DNA of 64,000 nucleotides from Nitrospirota bacterium (GCA_963836175.1 CAWIIS010000008.1:76387-140386), one strand, 5' to 3'; shown: positions 36,216-47,612, counted from the stretch's first letter. Notes: generated by a model from the letters alone, not told the origin. Translations and numbers: made by a program.

Positions 36216-36662
36216 ATGCCGCATTTCGGGTTAATGAACGAGAAGGAGTTGGGGCCGGTCGCCGGTCCGTTGCAGCGGGCAAGGCTTCATCTGCGGGGCG
36301 GAAAACGAAGACTGCGCCAGGGAAAGATCTCGGCGGGCATTGTCACGCTGTACGACGCGTTGGAAGGCGCGATGCTTTCCTACGCCGAATCGCCTGAGAC
36401 AGGGCCGCGGCTGCAGTTCCGGCCTGGAGAGCGCATGCATGACAGCAAGGCGTTGTACGCAGTGCTTGTCCGGTCCGGAGTGCTTGACGGCTCCTTCGAC
36501 TTCGAGGCTTTTGACCGGTTGACGGAGCAAGCGCTCAAGCAGGAACTCGTTGGCTACGATACGCGGGACCTGCTCGCGGGCATTGAATCGGTCATGACGC
36601 AACTCGGGGTCCTGCCCTTTGACGAAGCAAGCCTGCCGCCGGAGGACCCGAAGACCTTCTAA
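36216..36662 (+). CDS. Conserved hypothetical helical protein
   Basis: GGAGG RBS, intact 148-aa ORF, MPHFGLM..RARLH.RGGKRRL. Confidence 0.65.
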   Translation: MPHFGLMNEKELGPVAGPLQRARLHLRGGKRRLRQGKISAGIVTLYDALEGAMLSYAESPETGPRLQFRPGERMHDSKALYAVLVRSGVLDGSFDFEAFDRLTEQALKQELVGYDTRDLLAGIESVMTQLGVLPFDEASLPPEDPKTF

Positions 36663-36695
36663 TTTCTGGATTGCGGATTTCGGATTGCGGATTGA
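36663..36695. repeat. One-sided heptamer array of the TTGCGGA/TTTCGGA type
   Basis: TTTCTGGA TTGCGGA TTTCGGA TTGCGGA TTG. Confidence 0.75.
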
Positions 36696-36703
36696 AAAAA
36701 ACT

Positions 36704-38665
36704 ATGAACCATCTTGCCAACGAACGATCGCCCTATCTGCGGCATGCCGCGGACCAGCCTGTTGACTGGCGGCCCTGGTCCGATGAAGCCTTCGAGCTGG
36801 CGCGTCAGGAGGACAAGCCGGTTTTTCTGAGCACCGGCGCTGTCTGGTGCCACTGGTGCCACGTCATGGCGAAGGAATCCTTCCAGGATGAAGAGGTCGC
36901 CCGGATTATGAACGAGCTCTTTGTTTGCGTCAAGCTCGACCGCGACGAACGGCCCGACATAGACCGACGCTTTCAGCAGGCCGTAGCCGCCTTGGGCAGC
37001 GGCAGCGGTTGGCCCCTTTCGGTGTTTCTCACGCCGGACCGGAAGCCCTTTTTCGGCGGCACCTACTTTCCTCCCGAGGACCGGCATGGCCGTCCGGGCT
37101 TCAAATCCATATTAAGATCGGTCAGTTTGTTCTACCAATCCCGGCAGGGAGAGGTGGAGGAATTTGCCGGCCGCCTCCTGGAAGCGCTGAAGCCGGACAG
37201 GATCCAGCCGGGCGAACTCCAAAAACAGGCGCTCACGGACGCGGTTGCCGCAATCCTTACGCAGTATGATCCGCAGCACGGCGGCTTTGGAGCAGCGCCG
37301 AAGTTCCCCATGCCGGGCGCCCTGGAGTTTCTGGTCCGCCGCTATCCCCTGATGCAGGACGGACTATTCGTGGAACTGGCGATCCGGAAAACACTGGAGA
37401 GCATGGCGCGCGGAGGATTCCACGATCAGCTGGGCGGCGGATTCCACCGGTATTCCGTTGACGAAGCGTGGATCGTACCGCACTTTGAGAAGATGGCTGA
37501 CGACAATGCCTGGCTGATCAGGAACTACATCGATGCCTATGCCCTGTTCGGGGACGAGCGATTCAAGGAGGTGGCACAGGGGATCATCCGGTTCAGCCGC
37601 GAGGTCCTGTCCGACCCTGCGGGCGGGTTCTTCGCGAGCCAGGACGCCGATGTGACGCCTGATGACGAAGGAGGGTACTTCACCTGGTCCGCTGACGAGT
37701 TCCGCGCCACCCTGACCGCTGAAGAGTATGCGGTCCTGTCACGGCATTTGCTCGATCCGCGCGGAGCCATGCACCACGATCCGTCACGACAGGTGCTTTT
37801 TGTTGTCCGGGAACCGCGGGATATCGCCCAAGAGCTTTCACTGCCCCTTGATGATGTGGAGCGCATCATCGCGCGCGGGAAGGAAAAGCTCCTCCTGAAT
37901 CGGAACGCGCGTCCGGCGCCGTTCATCGATCGGACGCTCTACACCTCCCTGAACGGCATGTTCATCGCGTCCTTTCTCCGCGCGCACCGAGTTCTGAACG
38001 ATCCCTGGCTCCTGGATTTTTCGGTCGCGAGCCTGGACCGCATCCTGCGGGAGCATTATCGCGGTCCGCAGCTTCTGCACACCGCAGGAATTCCCGGCCT
38101 GCTCGATGATCATGTCCACCTTGTCGAAGCCCTGCTGTCGGCCTATGAAGCGACGGGCGATGCACGTCGTCTTGCGCAGGCCCGGGACCTGATGGAGCTC
38201 ACCCTGGTAACGTTCCAGGACAGCGAGGGAGGGTTCTTCGATACAGGTCAGGAGGTGCTCGGTACGCGGCTCAAACGTATTGACGACATCCCGCACCCGT
38301 CGTCCAACAGCACGGCCATCATGCTGCTGCTCAAGCTCCATCGCCTGACCGGAGAGGACCGGTACCAGGAGGCGGCAGAAAGGGCGCTTTCGCTGTTCGC
38401 ATCTTCCGCCGCGGAGCTCGGCATTCATGCCGGCGCCTATTACAGCGGGCTCGACGCCTGGTTCCACCTCCTGACGCTGACTGTGGAAGCGCCTGCGGAG
38501 AGCATGCTTGCCCAGGCGGCCCGCAGATTCGCCTCCCATACCGTCATCCGATACAACGGCGACCACGGCCGCGTGGTCCCCTGTATAGGCACGCTTTGCG
38601 GAGAACCAGTCACCGATCCCGGAGCGCTTGCCGCGAGCGTCAGCAGACTGCAGCAGCAGTTCTAA
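36704..38665 (+). CDS. Thioredoxin-domain/glycosidase-fold protein (YyaL/DUF255/SSP411 family)
   Basis: NHLANERSPYLRHA..PVDW.PW, WCHWCHVM..ESF, GWPLSVFLTPD, GGGFHRYSVD..W.VPHFEKM. Confidence 0.9.
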   Translation: MNHLANERSPYLRHAADQPVDWRPWSDEAFELARQEDKPVFLSTGAVWCHWCHVMAKESFQDEEVARIMNELFVCVKLDRDERPDIDRRFQQAVAALGSGSGWPLSVFLTPDRKPFFGGTYFPPEDRHGRPGFKSILRSVSLFYQSRQGEVEEFAGRLLEALKPDRIQPGELQKQALTDAVAAILTQYDPQHGGFGAAPKFPMPGALEFLVRRYPLMQDGLFVELAIRKTLESMARGGFHDQLGGGFHRYSVDEAWIVPHFEKMADDNAWLIRNYIDAYALFGDERFKEVAQGIIRFSREVLSDPAGGFFASQDADVTPDDEGGYFTWSADEFRATLTAEEYAVLSRHLLDPRGAMHHDPSRQVLFVVREPRDIAQELSLPLDDVERIIARGKEKLLLNRNARPAPFIDRTLYTSLNGMFIASFLRAHRVLNDPWLLDFSVASLDRILREHYRGPQLLHTAGIPGLLDDHVHLVEALLSAYEATGDARRLAQARDLMELTLVTFQDSEGGFFDTGQEVLGTRLKRIDDIPHPSSNSTAIMLLLKLHRLTGEDRYQEAAERALSLFASSAAELGIHAGAYYSGLDAWFHLLTLTVEAPAESMLAQAARRFASHTVIRYNGDHGRVVPCIGTLCGEPVTDPGALAASVSRLQQQF

Positions 38666-38953
38666 CCGCCCATCTCCCGGAGCGAGCTGCTCAGGTACAT
38701 GGAGTGACCCGGTGCATATGGACAATAAAAATAAAACAGATTTCCCTGAAAATTACTCCTGTTTTCTGCAATAATCCATGTTATATTATAATCTGCTCCC
38801 GCAGCCGGACGCCGGGTTCAGTCGGCCATGGCGGCAGGGGACCATCCGGTGCGATCGAAGTATTCTTCTCGGGTATACGAGTGAGCTCTGAAGCGGATCG
38901 TCCATGAACGATGCAGCTTCGGCCAAAATGGTCCGTCCGGTCACAGGAGTGCG

Positions 38954-41900
38954 ATGACCTCTGCTCGAACGATAAATCTTGCCAGAAAATATGCAGAACC
39001 GGCGGCAGTCGCCGCAGTCCTGCTCGGGCTGTACCTTGCCAGCCTTTTCAACTTCCTGCTGTTCTTCAGCCTTGTCAAGGCGCTCACCGTCCTCCTGTCG
39101 TTCAGCATCTTTATCTTTGCCTGGAACACGCGGCGGTTGCAGGAGGACGCCTTTCTTCTTGTCATCGGGTACGGCAGCCTGTCCTCCGCAATACTTTATC
39201 TGATCCACTCCCTGACCGACGGCGTAAGCATGTTTCCGGAGTTCGGGATCAATCTCGGACAGCGGCTTTTGTTCGGGTCCATGGCAATCCAGAGCATTTC
39301 CCTGTTTGCGGCGTCCTTCCTTCCCGGCCGGAAAGCGCGCCCTGTGGCATTCGGCGCGGTCTTCGCTGCAGTCACGGCGCTGCTGTTGGGCGCGGCGTTT
39401 TTACCGCTGCTCCCGCCCAGCTATACCGATGACGGCGAACACACCGTATTCCTGCATACCGCCGGAATCTGTATAGCCCTGCTCTATCTGGCTGCCATCA
39501 TCAATCTGCTGCGAAAAGGCCGGATTTTTAACATCAGGGCCTACCACCTCCTGTTCGCAGCCCTGTTTGCCTCGGCAATTGCGGCGCTGCTGTCCGCCTT
39601 TGATGAGATGGGGCTCAGCGGATCGGACTTTCTCAGGCACTGCGTACGGCTGCTGTCATGGTATCTTCTCTACCGGGCCATCATCCTCTCCGGATTCGAT
39701 GAACCCATGGCGCGGCAGAGCCGCACCCTCAGTCAAAAAGAGGCGGAGCTGCGCGAGAGCGAAGGCCGCTTCCGGGCGATCTACGAACGGGCGCCGGTCG
39801 GCATTGCCCTGTTCGACCCTCTCACCGGCAGATTTCTGCAGGTCAACCCCAAGTACTGCGACATCACCGGCTACGATCATCAGGAGATGCTGCAGCTCAG
39901 CTTCCGGGACATCACCCATGCGGATGATCTTCAGGCCGACCTTGACAATATGGACCGGCTGCTGAAGGGTACGAGCCGGCATTTCACCATGGAAAAGCGC
40001 TATGTCCGCAAGGACGGGGCCGTGGTATGGGTCCACCTGACCGTGGTGCCCATGTGGGATGAACTCTGGACCGAGGGGGGCGGCCCCCCCAGTATCTGGC
40101 CATGGTGGAGGACATCACGGCACGCAAACGCGCCGAGGAGGCGCTCACGCTGTCGGAGGGAAAATACCGCGACCTCTTTGAACATGCCAATGACGCCATC
40201 TTCATCGTCGATGCGGAATACCGGTATCGCGACGTGAACCGCAAGGCCGTGGAGCTCCTGGGATATACGCGCGAGGAACTGCTCGGCATGGGGATCTTCG
40301 ACGTCATCCCCCCGGACCAGGCGTCCCGCTCGCAGGAAACGCTCCGGAAACTCGGCACCGCCGGGGGCTATGAGAAGTTCATCGGCAGGCTCAGGACCCG
40401 GGACGGACGTCTGATCGACGTGGAGGTGAACTCGTCGGCCATCGAAGCGGACGGCGTGGTCATCGGCTCCCGTGACACCGTGCGCGATATCACCGAGCGC
40501 ACACAGCGGGATGAGGAACGCAGGATCGACGATCTCCGGCTCCAGATCCTGATGACGATCTCGCAGCATGAAACGAGCTCGCTGCAGGAGCTGCTCGGCC
40601 TCGCTCTCGAAGGAGTGGTCGCCCTGTCGGGCAGCACGCTGGGCTATATTTTTTCTTACAGCGAGGAGACGGGGGAGTTCTCCCAGCAGGCATGGTCGAA
40701 GGACGTCATGGAGTCCTGCTCCTTTGCGGATCCTGCCGCGGCGTGTTATATGACAAAGACCGGCATATGGGGCGAGGCCGTGCGCCAGCGCAGTCCTATC
40801 GTGATCAACGATTTCACGGCGCCCCATCCGCTCAAGAAAGGGCGTCCCGACGGCCATGCTCCCCTTGTTCGATTCATGACGCTGCCGGTCATTCTGCGCC
40901 ACCGGATCGTGGCGGTGGTGGGTGTGGCGAACAAGAACGGTCCGTATACGGAACTGGACGTGCTGCAACTGCGCTGGATGATGGACGCGGTCTGGACCAT
41001 CGCGGAGCGCAAGATGGCCGAGCTGGCGCTCAAAGAAAGCCAGGCCATGTTCCGCCGGCTGGTGGACTCCAATATCATCGGCATCATCACCATGGACGAC
41101 GAAAAGGTGGTGCTTGCCAACGATATCTTTCTCGCCATGACCGGGTACAGCAAAGCCGACCTGGAGCAGGGGAAGCTGTTGTGGCGGAGCATGACGCCGC
41201 CGGAATATGCGGACAAGGAGATGCAAAAGGTGCAGGAGCTGCTGACCGCAGGTTCCTGCGCGCCCTATGAGAAGGAGTATCTGCGGCGCGATGGAAGCCG
41301 AGTGCCGGTCCTGATCGGGTCGGCGCTGATCAGGAAACGCCCGCTGCTGCGCATATCGTTCGTGCTGGACCTGAGCGAGCGCAAGCAGGCGGAGTTTGAA
41401 CGCGAAACCATGCTCACCACGGTCGACCGGATGCGGATTGTCGCGGAACAGCGCGCCGACGAGCTGGCGGCGATCTTTTCGACGTTGACGGAGCCGGTGA
41501 TCATCTACGCGGCGGACGGCGACGTGCTGCGCGCCAATCCCGCCGCTTTTGAGCTCCACGGCCTCGATCCCCGGTTTTTCATGGGCTCGGGCGATGGCGC
41601 CATCCTCGCTCCCGGAGGGAAACGCGTTTCCCCGGAGCGCGCGCCGGCCCTGCGCGCGCTGAACGGTGAGACCGTGGTCAATGAGCCGTTCACCGTCATC
41701 GACAGGAACGGGCATGAGGTCATTGGTCATGTGTCCGCCGCACCCTTCTATTCGAAGGAGGTCCTGCGGGGCGCTGTTGTCGCCTGGCATGACATTACTG
41801 AGCTGGAGCGGACAAAAACAGCACTGCAGCAGGCGTATGATGAAATGGAAAAACGTGTTCTGGAGCGGACGGATGAGCTGGCAACGGCCAATCGCCTGCT

Positions 41901-42621
41901 GCGAACCGAGATCGAGGAACGGATGGTTGCTGAGGACGAGCTGATGCAATCGCGGGAACAGTTGCGTGATCTTTCCCTGCACCTCCAGTCTGTGCTTGAG
42001 CGGGAGCGGGAGGATATCGCCCGGGAGATCCACGATGAGCTGGGACAGTCGCTTACGGCCATCAAACTCGACCTGTCCTGGCTGCATGACCGGTATGCCG
42101 ATCACCATGAGCTGTTGAAAAAGATCGACTCGATGGTCGGTCTTATCGACATGTCGCTCACGTCGGTGAAACGCATCGCTTCGGAGTTGCGGCCGGCTAT
42201 TCTCGATCATCTTGGCCTTGCCGCGGCCGTTGAATGGCAGATGAAAGAGTTTAAAGTGCGGACCGGCATCGACTGCCGGCTTATTATCACGCCCGATGAT
42301 CTTATGGCGGACCGTGACCGTTCTACTGCCCTCTTCAGGATCCTGCAGGAAGCCTTGACGAACGTGATCCGCCACGCCGAGGCATCAGAGGTCCAGGTTT
42401 CGCTCAGGAAAACAGACGGACAGATCACGCTCCAGATACAGGACAACGGGAAGGGGATCACGCAGGGGCAGCGCGCGGACCATCGGTCGTTCGGCCTCAT
42501 GGGCATCAGGGAACGGGTACTGTTCTTTAACGGCGACATTGATATTCACAGCGGGGAACCGGTCGAGGGGACGTCGATCACCATCCGGATCCCTCTCGAT
42601 GGGGCGGCTGCCGACTCCTGA
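38954..42621 (+). CDS. Multi-sensor NarX/UhpB-type histidine kinase (MASE3-like membrane domain, multiple PAS, GAF, HisKA_3); frameshift near 40085
   Basis: Multi-TM N-terminus, PAS repeats, GAF, AREIHDELGQ, FRILQEALTN..RHA, DNGKG, GL.GIRER. Confidence 0.88.
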
Positions 42622-42667
42622 TACGTATGTGGGCGCGGAATAAAATGATAAACGGGGAGAAATCCAA

Positions 42668-43300
42668 ATGATCAGGATCCTTATCGTGGACGACCACAGC
42701 ATTGTTCGTGAGGGCATGAAACAGATCCTTGCGGACATCGATGATATGCAGGTCGCCGGTGAAGCGGCGAACGGGTCCGACGCCCTGGCAAAGATCCAGA
42801 AGCAGCCCTTCGACCTGGTGCTGCTCGACATATCCATGCCCGGCCGGAGCGGCCTTGACGTGCTGAAGGAACTGAAAAACCTTCAGCCCCGTCTTCCGGT
42901 GCTGATGCTCAGCATGTATCCCGAGGAACAATACGCTGTCCGCGCGTTGCGGTCAGGCGCTTCGGGGTATCTGACCAAGGAGAGCGCGCCCGACGAACTG
43001 ATCTCGGCCATCAGGAAAGTATGCGGAGGAGGCAGGTACGTCAGCGCCTCCCTGGCGGAGAACATGGCGCTCACGTTCGACCGCAAGGCCGACCAATCGC
43101 CCCATGAGTCTCTTTCCGACCGCGAATACCAGATCATGTGCATGATCGCCTCGGGCAAAGCCGTAAAGGACATTGGCCAGGAGCTTTCTCTGAGCGTCAA
43201 GACCATCAGCACCTATCGGACACGCATCCTTATCAAAATGAACATGAAGACCAATGCCGAGATGACCCGCTACGCGCTCCAGAACAATCTCGTGTCCTAA
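42668..43300 (+). CDS. NarL/UvrY-family response regulator (REC plus LuxR HTH)
   Basis: IVDDH..VREG, LLDISMPG, LSDREYQI, LSLSVKTISTYR.RI. Confidence 0.93.
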   Translation: MIRILIVDDHSIVREGMKQILADIDDMQVAGEAANGSDALAKIQKQPFDLVLLDISMPGRSGLDVLKELKNLQPRLPVLMLSMYPEEQYAVRALRSGASGYLTKESAPDELISAIRKVCGGGRYVSASLAENMALTFDRKADQSPHESLSDREYQIMCMIASGKAVKDIGQELSLSVKTISTYRTRILIKMNMKTNAEMTRYALQNNLVS

Positions 43301-43350
43301 GCCTTTTTCTGTCCGCACCGCCCGCCTATTCAGATGCGTCACCCCTGCGC

Positions 43351-43421
43351 CTTGTAGGACGAACCCCTACAAAATTATCGGATATCTACCGATAGCGAAC
43401 TCCATGCTCTCTCGATATAGT
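43351..43421 (+). promoter_or_regulatory. Twin palindromic operator plus -10 element (copy 1)
   Basis: TGTAGG-N7-CCTACA and TATCGG-N7-CCGATA, then TATAGT 21 nt downstream. Confidence 0.7.
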
Positions 43422-43446
43422 TAAACAGTGGCTCAAGGAGGTACTT

Positions 43447-43668
43447 ATGGAATGTCCGCACTTTGCCGGCATGTTTATGAAATATTGTGTGGCTGAACGG
43501 GAAACGTATGTACCGAGCGTCTATGAAATGAGGGAATACTGCCAGCAGGAGCAGCACAGAGTATGCGGGATATATATGCGGAGCGATAACGGCGCAACAG
43601 GAATGAACAAGATTGCCGTGCAGCGCCAGAGAGCGCCAATAATCAAACCGCGTCTTAAGGAAGGGTAA
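43447..43668 (+). CDS. Small four-Cys protein (73 aa)
   Basis: AGGAGG RBS; MECP..C...YVPS.YEM.EYC....H.VC.IY. Confidence 0.7.
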   Translation: MECPHFAGMFMKYCVAERETYVPSVYEMREYCQQEQHRVCGIYMRSDNGATGMNKIAVQRQRAPIIKPRLKEG

Positions 43669-43798
43669 GTCCCGTGCCGGCATCAGCCTTTTGTATTACC
43701 GGACACTATCGATTGTGTCCGCATTCATCGCGCAGAAGGTCTGCTAAAGCTACATTGAGTTGCATAGTCTTTCCAGATGAAACACTACCACGCACAAT

Positions 43799-43869
43799 CT
43801 TGTAGGACAGACACTTACTTAATTATCAGACAGATACCGATACCCTTCAACCTTCGCAATTGGTATATT
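43799..43869 (+). promoter_or_regulatory. Twin palindromic operator plus extended -10 element (copy 2)
   Basis: Ungapped 44-bp match to 43351-43394; TGgTATATT with the same 21-nt spacing. Confidence 0.7.
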
Positions 43870-43892
43870 TTAGACTCATTTGGAGGTATTGC

Positions 43893-44387
43893 ATGGCGCT
43901 TTCCAGTATCCATAAAAAAATGCATGCACCGGTATCCGTTCCCGGTCTGCGGATCCAAAAAGAGAGCGTGAGAAAAAATACATGGGTGCTGGTCATGGAT
44001 GATGATGCGATCACGCGTCAGGTCATATGCCGTATGCTTGAGTCGAACGGCTATCGGACCTATGGCACCGACAACGGCGATGAAGCGGTCAACACCTATG
44101 TGAAGGCACGAGACTGCGGATACCCCTTCGACGCCGTGATCCTTGATCTGCATGTACCGCGGGGCAAGGACGGCAGGGAGGCAATGAAAGAACTGCTTGC
44201 GCTCGATCCCGATGTCCGTGCCATTCTTGCAACCGGGGACCATACGGACCACGTCGCGTTGAATTTCAGCGCTTTTGGCTTCAAAGGAATGCTCCCGAAG
44301 CCGTTCACCCTGGAGCAATTGGACGAAACGATGCGGAGCGCTCTTGACGGCAAAGGCGGGGTGTATGAGAAGAATATTGATTGTTGA
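43893..44387 (+). CDS. Single-domain response regulator
   Basis: VLVMDDD, VILDLHVP, ILATG, LPKPF; GGAGG RBS. Confidence 0.85.
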   Translation: MALSSIHKKMHAPVSVPGLRIQKESVRKNTWVLVMDDDAITRQVICRMLESNGYRTYGTDNGDEAVNTYVKARDCGYPFDAVILDLHVPRGKDGREAMKELLALDPDVRAILATGDHTDHVALNFSAFGFKGMLPKPFTLEQLDETMRSALDGKGGVYEKNIDC

Positions 44388-44754
44388 TGAAAATAAATAC
44401 CTGCGCGACGGGTTGACCATGCAGCTCCGGGCAATGCTGCGCAACTGCCTGGTCATGACCGCAGAAAACGGTATGAAGGCGATGAAAATGCTGGAGGCAG
44501 GGCCGATTGATTTTTTGTTGACGGACCTGCGGATGCCGGGGATGGATGGGTATGAACTCATGGAACGTGCAAAGATACATTGTCCCCATGTCCCGATGTA
44601 TGTGATGACCAGCGATACGTGTCCCTCGGTTGAAAAGCGCGCGCGGTCACTGGGCGCGCGGCAATGCATCCTCAAACCGCTCAGCTTCGAAAAGATAGCG
44701 CAGTTCATTGCAAATGAGTTGAACGTCGAGCTCGCACAGGCGCAGGCATGCTGA
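44365..44754 (+). CDS. Single-domain response regulator
   Basis: RILIVDE, LLTDLRMPGMDG, VMTS, ILKP. Confidence 0.85.
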   Translation: MRRILIVDENKYLRDGLTMQLRAMLRNCLVMTAENGMKAMKMLEAGPIDFLLTDLRMPGMDGYELMERAKIHCPHVPMYVMTSDTCPSVEKRARSLGARQCILKPLSFEKIAQFIANELNVELAQAQAC

Positions 44755-44846
44755 TTGCCGGATGAGCCGGCGATCTGCGTCCCTGCGTCATCGCGCTATG
44801 ATCCGGCACTGCCCGGTGAACGAACGCTCTGTTCAAGGAGGCCCTC

Positions 44847-45793
44847 GTGAGTACATGGAACAAGCCCGTTGACAGCCTGATGGTGGCCGAACACTACGAT
44901 GCCGAACCGCAGGAGGGAGGCAGGCCGGAGCCGTCAGAGGATGGGGAGGCGGCGCCTGCGCCGAAGACGCTCGATGTGGTCAAGTATTACCTGAAGGAGA
45001 TCAGAAAGACATCTCTTCTGACATTCGCCCAGGAGCAGGAACTGGGCAAGCGGGTCGCCGAGGGGGACCAGGAAGCACGGGCCAGAATGATCGAAGCGAA
45101 CCTGCGGCTTGTTGTCGCCATCGGCAAAAAATATATCAACCGCGGCCTCCCGTTTTCTGACATTATCGAAGAAGGGAACCTGGGCCTTATCAGGGCCGTC
45201 GAAAAATTCCAGTACGAACGGGGGTTCAAGTTCAGCACCTATGCTTCGTGGTGGATCAAACAATCCATCGAGCGGGCCATCGTGAACCAGGTGAGGACCA
45301 TCAGGCTGCCGATACATGTGGCTGAGTCCGTGAACCAGTACAAACGCGCCGTTCGACGGCTGACGCAGGATCTGGGCAGAGAACCGATTCTTGAAGAGAT
45401 TGCCGAAACGCTGGGAATGAGTGTTGACAAGATGCGGGGCATTTCCCAGGTGGTGCGGGAAACCTTCTCGCTGGACATGCTGATCGGCGAACAGGAAGAA
45501 GACACGCTGAAGGACGTGCTGCACGATGAGAACCGGCCGTCACCGTCATCGCATTCGGATGAACTGCAGCGACGCCAGCAGATCGATGAATGGCTCACCG
45601 AGATCTCCGAAACGAACGAAAGGTCCTCGAACTGCGTTTCGGCCTGGACGACGGCGAGCCCAAGACCCTTGACTTCATCGGAAAAATGTTCGGGATCACC
45701 CGGGAGCGGGTCAGGCAGATCGAGACGCAGGCACTGCAGAAGCTGCGGGCATTGACCAAACAACGGCAAATCGGATTTGAACTGATGGTCTGA
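44847..45793 (+). CDS. RpoS/RpoD-family sigma70 factor lacking region 1.1 (RpoS-like); frameshift near 45610
   Basis: [61 protein letters not shown]. Confidence 0.88.
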
Positions 45794-45812
45794 TCAGATA
45801 AGATAAGTCCTC

Positions 45813-45845
45813 ACTACCCCGCTGCTTGCGGCGGGGTAGTTTATT
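45813..45845 (+). terminator. Rho-independent terminator
   Basis: ACTACCCCGC..GCGGGGTAGT followed by TTATT. Confidence 0.75.
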
Positions 45846-46075
45846 ACCGAATCTCTCCTGCCCGTAGTTCAACCTTGCCAAAATTCCGCCATCTTGTCGA
45901 TCTCGTGTGTATACCGGTATCATATGCTATGATTAACACTATCTCTTCATGATGACTTGCAGTGCTTCATTGCTGCGGCGTCGTGGCCGGAATATGGACG
46001 GAAAGCGCGGTGGACCGTCCTGCTTTCCTGGTGAGCGGTTGAGGCTATTGTCCCCTGCCTTCGGGGAGTCGGCAT

Positions 46076-47103
46076 ATGAGAGCCCTGGTAACAGGCGGTA
46101 CCGGATTTATAGGCAGTAGGGTCGTCGAGCTCCTGCTGAAGCAGGGACAGGTCGTTCGGATTTTTTCGAGGCAGCGGGAACTCCCTCGCCGCCTCCAGGG
46201 CGAACAGGTGACGCTGTATCACGGAGACCTGGCTGATCCGTCGTCGCTCCTCAATGCCCTGGAAGGCATGGATGTCGTCTATCATATTGGCGAGATCCGC
46301 AACACGTCGCGTCACGCGGCCGAAATGAACGTGCGGACCCTGGAGTGGGTCGTGGACGAGCTCTCGCAGGCAGGCATTGAACGGATCGTGTTCATCAGTT
46401 CCTTAAGCGTTGCCGGGATCCCTTCCCGGGTGCCGGCAACGGAGGAGACGAAACCCGCTGTTTTGCTTGATGATCATTACACCTGGTACAAGCGGACCTG
46501 CGAGAAGATCCTTGCCGACCAGTCCAATGCCGCATCGGTTGTCATCAGACCCGGCATGGTCTACGGACCGGGTTCACGCTATCTCGAACGCCTGGTATCG
46601 TCGGTGCAGCGCCTCGGCCCCATCGGTTTTCCGTTCATCGGCAACGGCATGCATGCGGCCCCCTTCGTGCACGTCAACGACCTTGCCGCGGCCATCTGTC
46701 TCGCCGGAACGCGGCCCCATGCCCTTTGCCAGCTGTTCAACATCACCGATGGACTGCGCCACAGCTGGTTTGATTTTTTCAAGGCCATTGCCGATGCGTC
46801 GAAGAAACGATTCCGGATCCTTCCCTTGCCGCCGCCGCTGGTGCGGGGAGCGGGCGCTTCCTTGATCTGCTCCTCGGCCTCTTCGGCGTGAAACTCAGCC
46901 TGAACAACTACGTGCGCTATTTGACCTCCGACATCCTGTTCGATCCCGCCAGGGCAAAGGAGCTTCTCGGCTGGAATCCCCGGGAAAACTTCAACCGAAG
47001 CGTGGAGGACATGGTTCGGCAGCTGTCGCGGGCCATGCGGATGACCGCGCCGGCGCAATTCTCCTGTATCAAGCGGTCCGCGAAAAGAAAGGGGTATCGA
47101 TGA
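46076..47103 (+). CDS. NAD-dependent epimerase/dehydratase (extended SDR); frameshift near 46850
   Basis: ALVTGGTGFIG, YxxxK (YTWYK), RPGMVYGP, FVHVNDLA, ELLGWNP. Confidence 0.85.
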
Positions 47104-47612
47104 TGGATGCCATGAACGCTCTCCTGACCAGGAAAAGCATCAGGGTGTATACACCGAAGCACGTATCGCGCGAACTGATCCAGGAAGTCCTGGAGGCGGC
47201 CATGTGCGCGCCCTCTGCCGGGAACGAACGGCCCTGGCATTTCGTGGTCCTGACCGACCGCGCCCTGCTCGATGAAATTCCGAAGTTCCATCCGTATGCC
47301 GCCATGCTTAAGCACGCATCGACGGCGATCCTGGTTTGCGGCGATCCGACGAACGAAAAGCACCGGGGATACTGGGTCCTCGACTGCGCGGCAGCGACCG
47401 AAAATATCCTGCTTGCGGCCCATGCCAAAGGGCTTGGCGCGGTCTGGTGCGGGATTTACCCCACGGCGGACCGCGTGGTGAATATGCGCGCATTGCTCGA
47501 TCTCCCTGCGCAGATCGTGCCCTTTTCCCTGATCCCTCTCGGCTTTCCCGCAGAAGACAGAAAGTCCGGGGACCGTTTTGATGCGTCGCGGGTGCATGAG
47601 AACCGATGGTAG
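47100..47612 (+). CDS. Nitroreductase family protein
   Basis: RKSIR.Y, APSAGNERPWHFVV, DC.AA.ENILLAAH..GLG.VW. Confidence 0.9.
   Translation: MMDAMNALLTRKSIRVYTPKHVSRELIQEVLEAAMCAPSAGNERPWHFVVLTDRALLDEIPKFHPYAAMLKHASTAILVCGDPTNEKHRGYWVLDCAAATENILLAAHAKGLGAVWCGIYPTADRVVNMRALLDLPAQIVPFSLIPLGFPAEDRKSGDRFDASRVHENRW

Noticed and set aside
43669-43798. Csr/Rsm-type sRNA downstream of the GacA-like boxes
   Set aside because: No run of GGA-loop hairpins; both promoters lead to ORFs with good RBSs
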